A DNA stretch of 64,000 nucleotides, taken from Felis catus (lineage: Eukaryota). The translations under genes and the position numbers were made by a program. Shown here piece after piece: positions 26,589 through 35,182 of this stretch. The notes beneath the pieces are model-generated. The model worked only from the letters and a program-made list of their open reading frames with translations, had not been told where the DNA came from and made no database searches. Numbering within the stretch: position 1 is the stretch's first letter; the number at the start of each line of letters is the position of its first letter. The DNA lies in contig NC_058368.1 in assembly GCF_018350175.1 (NCBI RefSeq), positions 226,796,001 through 226,860,000 of the forward strand, written 5' to 3'.

Positions 26589-26790
26589 GGGGCGCCTGGG
26601 TGGCTCAGTCGGTTGTGTCCAGCTCTTTGTTCGGCTCAGGTCACGGTCTCACGGTTCGTGAGACCGAGCCCTGTGTCGGGCTCTGTGCTGACAGTGTGGA
26701 GCCTGCTTGGGACTCTCTCTCTCTCCCTCTCTCTCTGCCCCTCCCTTGCTTGTGCTCAGTCTCTCCCAAAATAAATAAACATTTTTTAAA
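26589..26790 (+). mobile_element. SINEC
   Basis: ggggcgcctgggtggctcagtcgg head, (CT)n, aataaa tail. Confidence 0.93.
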
Positions 26791-26874
26791 AATGAGAAAT
26801 AATACTAGAATTTATACACTTTTTCTTAAATGAATGTCAAAAGTAACCCCGGGAAAAGAGCATGTTTAAAGCCG

Positions 26875-27500
26875 TCCTCTCTCCAACACAGTAGCCACTG
26901 GCCCCTTGCTGCTCCTGAGCATTTAAAATGTGCCTGGCATGACAGAGGAAGTCACTTTTTAGTTTTATCATTTTCCTTTAAAAACTGATACTTAGTTCAG
27001 TTGTTAGAAGACTTTTAAGTGTGGGGGCGCCTGGGCGGCTCAGTCGGTTAAGCATCCGACTTCAGTTCAGCTCATGATCTTGCGATCCGTGGGTTCAAGC
27101 CCCTGTGCTGACAGCTCAGAGCCTGGAGACTGTTTCACATTCTGTGTCTCCCTCCCTCTCTGCCCGTCCCCCGCTTACCCTCTGCCTCTCTCTCTCTCTC
27201 TCTCAACACTAAATAAAGATTAAAAAAAAGAAGAAAGAAAACTTTTAAGTGTGTTTGGAGCCCTGTTTTAACTGTGTTTGGAACAACTAGGATATGCGAA
27301 TCGTTTTCCATGGCAAATGTTATACCTGAACACAGACCCATTTTTTTTCCAATGAGAATTTAGTGTTCAAATGGATGGGTTGTAAGCGTAAAGCATACAC
27401 GAGATTTAACAGACCTAGTCCAGAAGGAATGTAAACTACTTCTACATCAATTACGTGTTCAATGATCATATTTTAGACATATTGGATTAAATAACATATA
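26875..27500. mobile_element. Charlie1-type hAT DNA transposon remnant containing a SINEC (27023-27240, plus strand)
   Basis: gtagccactggcc...gagcatttaaaatgtg; gtttggaacaact; gacatattggattaaataa. SINE TSD acttttaagtgtg. Confidence 0.7.
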
Positions 27501-27509
27501 CGAATGTTC

Positions 27510-27830
27510 TACAACACTCTGTATGACGCTTTCATGGTGAGTACTTGTCATTGTACATTTCTCCAAACCCACACAACGTACAGGACCAAGGCCAGGACTG
27601 AGCCCCTAGTGCCAACCGTGGACTTTGGGTGATTGTGATGTGTGAGTGGGGGCTCACCAGTTGTATCAGAAGTGTGCAGCGCTCTGCTGGGGGTGTCGAT
27701 GCCGGGGGAGGCCATGCATGCGGGGGGATTGCAGGGGCTTATGGGAAATCTCTATGCCTTCCTAATTGCGCTGCAAACCGAAAGCTCCTCAAAAACATAA
27801 CAAATAACCCCTAAAAAAAAAAAAAAAGGT
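27510..27830 (+). mobile_element. Second L1MC-type 3' end fragment
   Basis: ggactttgggtgattgtgatgtgt...gggggaggccatgcatg...atgggaaatctctatgccttcc. Confidence 0.8.
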
Positions 27831-28723
27831 TAAGATCGTAAGTTTTCTATTATGTGTGTTTTATCACGATTAAAACTTTCTAATTTAGAAAGGAGAAAAA
27901 AAAAAACACTATGAATTACTGTCTGCAGTTTTAACTCTATTCATTGAAAATGTAACTTCTTTTTCTGGTGCCCCCCCAGAAAGAGTGAAGGCTGAGCTGA
28001 TTTTGAGGTAGGATCCTACTCCAGAAGCATACACTAGGCTCCGCAAAATCTATAAACGGGACTTGCTTTTGAGGCCTTTATATACCCTGCTGCCGAACTG
28101 ACCAAATTTCCCCGAACCTCAAATGAGCCTGAACTTCTCTGGCTCCACCCGAGTGGAACATGCAGAGCAAGTCTGGCGAATTCTGTCCTGCGTGCGCTCC
28201 AGATGCTGACCAGATGTGTGTGCCTTGGAGCCCATTGGTCTGTTTGGGAACGTCTGGACATTTACGCTGCAGTCAGTCTATGTTTTAGTATCATTAAGAG
28301 GCAATGTGCCGGGACTGGAAATTACGGAATGCGACTACTGTCACTTAAAACAGTCACGTTGGGTCATGCCGTCGCTTCTCCGTGGCTCTGCTTCTCACTT
28401 CGAAATGAATTCAGAGTCTCCGATCCTTCTTTCAGACTCAGCTTCCACGCAGGGCCTCCAGGAAGCCTCCCCTCGGTCAACGCCGTCACGCCTCTGTTGG
28501 ATTTCCACCCTGCTCTACATGTTGCCGTGTTTTTCCTGTAGACCAGCTTCCTCGTCTCCTCCCCCCGGCGTTCTCTGCCTCTGACCCTTCACACCAACCC
28601 GTGTGTCGGCTGAAGCCTTTGCTTCGTATTTCACTGCAAGAACAGACTTCTGTGAGCAGGACCCGCTCGCCCCCACGAATGCCTTTGCGTAAACATCTCC
28701 ACCTCCCTTTCTAGCATCCAGAC

Positions 28724-29068
28724 CAGCGCGGGGCAGACTATGTCCCGTGCACCATATCTAGTCTTTGGCCTGTTGTATGGCCAGCCGATTTACATATGTT
28801 TTGACTTTTTTTTTTTTTAACAACTTAAAAGAAAACAAGAAAAAAAAAAGATGAGTCCTATTTCAGGGCGTATGAAAATTATACGGAATTCAAATTTCGG
28901 GGTCCATAAATAAAATGTTTTTGGAACACGGCCACACTCATCGTTTACTTATTGTCTATGGCCGCTCCCTGCTCTAACGGTGCGTTGACTTGTTGCAAGA
29001 GAGAGACCATATGCACTAAAAGCCTGTAATATTTACTCTCTGGCCTTTTCTAGGCTCACTGACCTCTG
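28724..29068. mobile_element. hAT-Charlie MITE (MER58B-like)
   Basis: tgaaaattatacggaattcaaatttcggggtccataaataaaatgtttttggaacacggccacactcat. Confidence 0.8.
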
Positions 29069-31384
29069 AATCTCCTCTCTTCTTCTTAGCAAAACAAATG
29101 AAGGCCCTCTCCTCCCTTCAAAGGCCAAACCTCCCGTGTTTCTGCACAGGCACCTCGCCTGAACGTACCCTTTGATCCGCAAGCCCTTCTTCCTCTGCTC
29201 CCTTCATAGCCCGGCTGTTGACGCCACACGATGAATCTTCTTCCTAACTTTCTGCTTGGCCACTTTCAGCCTTAGTGTTCCTTTTCTTCTCTCCAAGTGT
29301 CGCCATCCCTCAGGACTCTGTCCAGACTCTCTCTGCCCACCCTACCCTCTGCCCACCCAAGGCCATCCCCTTGATTGCCAGGACTTTAAATGATAGTCAC
29401 ACGCTGGCACTTTCAACGGGATCTCCAGACCTTCAGGCATGACCTCTCCTCGGGCGTACATGTCACAAAGTCCAAATGTTAAGCTGCCATCCACAACCTT
29501 CTCAGTTTCAACACGCCCTGAATGGAATGCTAGTTTTCCCTTCCGAATCTGTGCTTGTCCAGGTGTCTCTCATCCACTTGGTTGTTTAAGTGAGATAACT
29601 AAGGGTTCATCTGAACACTTGCCTCTCCCCATCCGCATCCAGGATCCGTTGGTCCTGTTTTCCAGATCCCTCTCGACTCTGCCTCTCGGGTATTCTAATT
29701 CAAGCCACCTCATTCTCCCTGGACTGTAACTGGCTCCTACGTGGCTTTGCTATTCACACTCTTGCACTTTTAAAATCCATAGAACAGCATGAATAGATCC
29801 CCCCCTGCCCCCGCCCCGCAACATTCTCTTTACCAGTTGATCCAGAGGACAAACTAAGTGCAGTAAGCCTGCTGGGGGGGAGGGGGCACGGGGCACCTTG
29901 CCTGGATCCCCGGCCCCCGCACCCTGTGGAGCCCAGCCAAGCCCTCCTGGCCTCCTTGGAGCACTGGGCTGTTTCGTAGGGTGAAAGAGTGCGGGGTCAG
30001 AGGGGAGAGAGGATCAGAGGCGGCTCCTTCCTGGGATCCAAGCGTTTGACTGGCAGCTGAGCCCGGACTGGGCCCACACGGTGGGTGGGGCAGGGGGAAT
30101 TGGGTGGGGGTCAGGGGGGATCGCCACAATTGAAAAGAATGAGGGGATAAAATAAAGGAACAAAGCCTCACCAAAAAATGCACAACCCAGGTGAGAATGG
30201 GGACCACCTCCGTGCACAACGTTCTCCAGCAGTTTCTTAGGAAAGAGACTGCACGGTAGTAAATGAAGGGGTGAAGAGCGGCCCCCAGCCAAGCACCCAC
30301 AGTCACCCACTTCCATACGGCCACGGAGGCCACGGAGGTGAGCCAGCTGCAGCCACTTGGCCCCAACCGTCCCCACCCCGTGGAGGGGCGGCAGCATCGG
30401 GAAGAGAAGGGAAGGCAGAGAGATGAGACAGCAGGGTGGGTGTGGGGGTGTCACCACAGGTGCCCGGATTAGTGCCGATGACTGATGAGGAGAAGCAGGG
30501 GTGCGTAGCAGGGGTGCTTTTAGACAAAGCCCTACCCGGGGTCCCTGTCACCGGGGAGACTGTCCACCCTGCCCGGTAGCCCTTCCTCTCCCAGTGGTCC
30601 TGGGTCTGCTCCTTCTGCCTTCTGGAGGCAGATGGAACTACTTCTAGGGAGGGTACAAATGCCCAACAGCAGCTTGTGGAAGAGAAGGTCCAGCTCCAGG
30701 GAAGGAGGAATTGCAGGGACCCCCCCCCCCCCACTACCTGCCTAGGCCTCCAGCCCAGAAGGTCACCTCTGGTGCTGTGCTGTTTGTGGAGGAGACGGGG
30801 CCATCTTCCTCTCCACGTGAATCGGGGGGGCGGTGCTGTTAGGCCCTCCTTCACCCTGACTCTGGTCCTCCTCGGGCCGGGCCTTTTCTCTAGTAACTTT
30901 GGGTCTTCTCAAAGCAGAAGCTGGGTGGGAAAGGCGGGGGCAGTCTGATCCCTGAAGCGCTGCTTCCCGGGGCTGGCTGACCTGCCCCTGCAGGCCTTGG
31001 CAGGAGGGGAAAGGGCGACTGATCAGCCCAGGTGCAAACGGGCTTCGAGGGGACAATGGCACCCTCTAGCTTCAAGCTTTTGAAGCCCAGGAGAAGACAG
31101 GTGACCTTATCTGGTCTCTGTGGCCCACCCACCAGCAAATCCTGGCTCTCTGTGCATCACACAGGGGCACCACTAACACGGTCCACAGGGGGCCCTTGTA
31201 GGCGGGGAGTGGCTCCACGTAAGGTTTTATTCATCAGCTTCACGACCCACATTCATCTACCCGCTCCACGATCTGCTCTAACATGCTGGGACTGAGAACA
31301 AGAAATTCCTCGGGAAGGTTTTATGGTGCCCTCAGCACCTGCCCCCGTAGCTCCTTCAGATTCTGTCCATCAGAAGGCAGGCTT

Positions 31385-31630
31385 GGGGCACCCGGGTGGC
31401 TCAGTCAGTTAAGCGTCCACCTTCAGGTCAGGTCATGATCTCAGGGTCTGTGAGTTCAAGTCCCTTATCGGGCTCTGTGCCGACGGCTCAGAGCCTGGAG
31501 CCTGCTTCGGATTCTGTGTCTCCTTCTCTCTCTGCCCCTCCCCCACTCATTCTCTTTTTCTTTCTCTCTGTCTCTCTCACTCTCTTTTGCTGTCAAAAAT
31601 AAATAAACGTTAAAAAGTAATTTTTTAAAA
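31385..31630 (+). mobile_element. SINEC inserted in the MARK2 pseudogene kinase C-lobe (at SLP)
   Basis: TSD aaggcaggct at 31374-31383 and 31631-31640. Confidence 0.96.
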
Positions 31631-31946
31631 AAGGCAGGCTCCGCTGACCAGTGCCTATAGTAGGACTCCCAGGCTCGGCACCTCGGGCCCCTCCAAGTTT
31701 ATCCGGCGTGAGGGCTGGGGCAGCAAAACGGGGTCGGCCACAGAGGCTAACCAGCTTTTTGCCAAAGGTGGATTCGTTGCTGAAGCCAAAGGTTGTCATC
31801 TTGATGTTCACCTCGCACCCAAGAACGGTTTCTGCCTTTAAGTCTCTCCCAAATGAAGGTCTGCGGATAGGTCCGCACAGCAGACCCTACGCGGTAGAAC
31901 GTGGCTCCAGCCTTTTATCTTTCGTGTTTCCGCAAGGCCCTACGTA

Positions 31947-32397
31947 CAGGCACACTCTGCTTCTTGAAAGTTCCCGCCACGCCACTGTGCTTTTAGGAAA
32001 GACCTACATCAGTACCTGTTTTTTGCTGACAGAAATCTGAAAAGGATTTTTGCCTTTGCAGATAAAGGGGGAAAGCGGCACCTGTGTCCTGCGTTGGTTT
32101 TTTGCAGCGAGTTTCACAGAGGCAGGGCTCACCTGACCAGCTCCTTTCCCCGGGAACCACCCTCCAGCACCAGAGCTCCGATCTGTATCTGGGCTCTGTC
32201 TCCATGGATTTTGTGCATCCATTAGCAAGGTGTGTCTGAAGGTATCGGAAAGGATCTAAGGGAGGTGATTTTTTGGGTCTGAGAATGCTCAAAAACTTTC
32301 CCATGTAAGTTAATGGTGACTGTTTCTTCATGTGCTACCATTTTGGCTTGTGAAAGTTTGCACAGGAACGCTCTACTTTCAGATAGGGGGACACCCG
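31947..32397. mobile_element. TcMar-Tigger MITE (MER82-like) inserted in the MARK2 pseudogene
   Basis: TA at 31945-31946 and 32398-32399; imperfect terminal inverted repeats (caggcacactctgcttcttgaaag / ctttcagatagggggacacccg); internal gacctacatcagtacctgtttt and ggaacgctctactttc motifs. Confidence 0.8.
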
Positions 32398-32844
32398 TAC
32401 TCAGCACCCCTGCTCCACTGGTGTGCTCTCCCACGGGATAGAGTGCTCTCTGTCCTGGTCACCTCAAAGAACTTGATTATGGTGGCCTGATTCACTGCCT
32501 TCATCATTCTTACCTCAGTCAATGATCTTCGTGTCTACCTGTTACCCAGTCAGGATGTTTGGGGCCAACCTCAACCTGGAAGGTTGACCTGTGCCCATAG
32601 TCTCCAGGGACCCCTCCTGGGCAGATGTGGCCCCACAGCACGTAGGGCTTACTGCTGGGCTTGGAGTCAGTGTGTCCAAAGGTGGACTTCACATGGGAAT
32701 ATCTAGTGAGAGGCTTGCTCCAAATCACCTCAGAAGAGAATCACTTCCAAAGGATGTCCATTTCACGAACTTCTCCTTGTAATGACTTCATAACACAATG
32801 GCAGACAAAAATAAGAATACCAAAATAATGTCACCAAACTGCGT

Positions 32845-33170
32845 AAAAAAAGAAAAAAAAAAACCAAGAAAACTAAAAATGAGAAAAAAATAAAGAAAAT
32901 GAGAAAAGAAAAAGAAAAACAGAAATGAAACAAGCATGAGAAATGAGAAAAGAATTAAAAAGTTAAGAAAAGAAAGAAGAAAAGAAAAAATGAAAAAGGA
33001 AGACATGAAGAAAAAGAAACACATGAATATTGAAAGAGAAAAGAATGAGAGATAAAAAAAGAATAAACATAAATGAGAAAAATGAAGGAAGACAAAAAGA
33101 CAAAATTAGGGAAAAGAAGAGTAAAAACAGTAAGTAAGAAAATAATTCAAAAACTAAAAACAGACAAAAC
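32845..33170. repeat. A-rich degenerate tandem tract with recurrent aaatgagaaaa unit
   Basis: Read directly from the sequence. Confidence 0.85.
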
Positions 33171-33325
33171 CCCCCACAATGTCAATGCAATATATCTGAA
33201 CGAAGAAACAGGTAAGATTGGATTAGATCCTTCAGGCAGGTGACAGCCAGCATCCTCAGCTATGAGTGCCTGACCCTAGACAGTGGGTGCCTGAAGTCTA
33301 TCCAGGGAGTAGCTCCTTTGAGCTC

Positions 33326-33356
<31 letters not shown>

Positions 33357-33360
33357 TCAC

Positions 33361-33560
33361 AGATACCTGGGTGGTGGCTCAGTCGGTTAAGCATCCTACT
33401 TCAGCTCAGGTCATGATCAGCAGTTCATGAGTTCGAGCCCCGCATCAGGCTCTGTGCTGATGGCTCAGAACCTGGATCCTGCTTCAGATTCTCTCTCTCT
33501 CTGCCTTTCCCCCGCTTGCCCTCTATCTCTCTCTCTCAAAGATAAATAAACATTAAAAAC
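33361..33560 (+). mobile_element. SINEC preceded by a 26-nt poly-A run
   Basis: SINE body with an altered head (cctgggtggtggctc). Confidence 0.9.
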
Positions 33561-33629
33561 AAAAACATCAACCAAATAAGAGAAGGGAAAATCAACAATG
33601 GTTTTGTCTTACTTAAAAAATTTTTTCTT

Positions 33630-33817
33630 GGGGCACCTGGGTGGCGCAGTCGGTTAAGCATCCGACTTCAGCCAGGTCACGATCTCGCGGTCCGTGAGTT
33701 CAAGCCCCGCATCAGGCTCTGGGCTGATGGCTCAGAGCCTGGAGGCTGTTTCTGATTCTGTGTCTCCCTCTCTCTGCCCCTCCCCCATTCATGCTCTGTC
33801 TCTCTCTGTCCCAAAAA

Positions 33818-33856
<39 letters not shown>

Positions 33857-33870
33857 AACGTTGAAAACAA
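33630..33870 (+). mobile_element. Young SINEC_Fc with (AAAT)n tail, nested in the tail of an older minus-strand SINE fragment (33886-33970)
   Basis: TSD aaaaaattttttctt at 33615-33629 and 33871-33885. Confidence 0.93.
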
Positions 33871-34953
33871 AAAAAATTTTTTCTTAAATGTTTATTTTTG
33901 AGAGAGAGAGAGAGACAGAGTGTGAGTGAGGGAGGGGCAGAGAGAGAGAGGGAGACACAGAATCCGAAGCCGAACGGAAGGTCGTTTTTGGCATATTTTC
34001 AGCTCTCAGCTGCAGTTTGGCCCAGTTTCTCTGGAGTAGATTCTTCCCTCGCACGGGTCAGAGGACTGCGCCCATATGTCAGTCCAATGAGGAGCCTGAA
34101 GCTGGGGGTTGAGAAAGCAAGTCCTCTCATTTCCCTCCTTAAGGCCAGCAACCTGCCAAAGACGAAACATATTTGGATTCAGGTAAGGAGAGACTATTAA
34201 AAAAGATGAGTGCTCTAGGGAGAGGGGACAATTGCAATGCCATAAAATCTCCAAGTGCCTCACAGGTCAGGCAGAAACAGCTTATCTTTTATGAGGAGGA
34301 GTCACCAAGTCTAGAAAGAACAGGGTGTGGGCGAGTAGGATGAGCTCATGGAGCGAGGGGACCCACACGTGGGAAATGTCTTCCTTTGTGGCCGGCTGAT
34401 TGGGGGGAGTTGGGGGAAGCTGTTTGCGGGGGTTGCTCTGAATGCATTCTAGTGCTCACTTAACCTCAGGCTGAGTCAAAAGAGCCCACAAAGCTTAATT
34501 TACGATCTGGCCCTTTACAGAGAAACTTTGCTGACCCTGTTCTAGAAAACACTAGACTCACTGAATATTTTTCTATCTATAATAAAGCTATGGAAACATA
34601 ATTTATAGGAATATAAGCTTCATTATGGCTTTTTGACAGTTTTCATACGTTTCCTTCCCTAACCCTGGAATACTACACAGCACACAGTAGGTGCTCACTA
34701 AAAGTCGACTGAGTGAATTAATGTACAACAAAGCAATTTTAATTGTAAAATTCAATCTATTTCATGTCTGTTTTACCTCTGTAGGGACAAGGTATCCTAT
34801 TGCCCAAAGTAATGAACCTTTTCTTTGGTTTTTGGCAACATATGGATAAAGCTAAAAGTTACATCAGACAAAGAGAAGAAATTATGTAGGTAACAAATCT
34901 AAGTAAGAACAAGAACAAAATGCAAACTATGGATTTAAATTAGGAAGTCTAGC

Positions 34954-35182
34954 GGGGCGTCTGGGTGGCTCAGTTGGTTAAGTGTCCGACTTCGGCTCTA
35001 GTCATGATTTCATGGTTGGTGGGTTCAAGTCCCACAATGGGCTCTGGGCTGACAGCTCAGAGCCTGAAGCCTGCTTCACATTCTGTGTCTCCCTCTCTCT
35101 ACCCCTCCCCCACTCGCACTCTGTCTCTCTCTGTCTCTCTCGCGCGCGCGGGCACGTTCAAAAATAAGTAAATTAAAAAAAT
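34954..35182 (+). mobile_element. SINEC
   Basis: SINE body; (CG)5 at 35141-35150. Confidence 0.93.

Larger units (their letters stand above)
29819..32686 (-). pseudogene. MARK2: Processed pseudogene of MAP/microtubule affinity-regulating kinase 2
   Basis: Minus-strand pieces fall in MARK2 order with no introns: STFGHTDSKPSSK (MARK2 PTLGHLDSKPSSK), [129 protein letters not shown]. Then sequence matching my recollection of the MARK2 3' UTR down to its end (tgcacttagtttgtcctctggatcaa...taaagagaatgtt). Many stops, frameshifts and deletions; DFG and APE motifs destroyed. Confidence 0.93.

Noticed and set aside
29854-30854. Long minus-strand ORFs (170, 147 and 183 aa) in GC-rich sequence
   Set aside because: They lie mostly in the MARK2 3' UTR-derived part of the retrocopy. 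GC-rich DNA is stop-poor and the peptides resemble no protein I know.
31226-31231. AATAAA on the minus strand as a gene 3' end
   Set aside because: It falls inside kinase/UBA-derived sequence (E-I-K-P-Y, corresponding to MARK2 ELKPY), so it is a mutational by-product.
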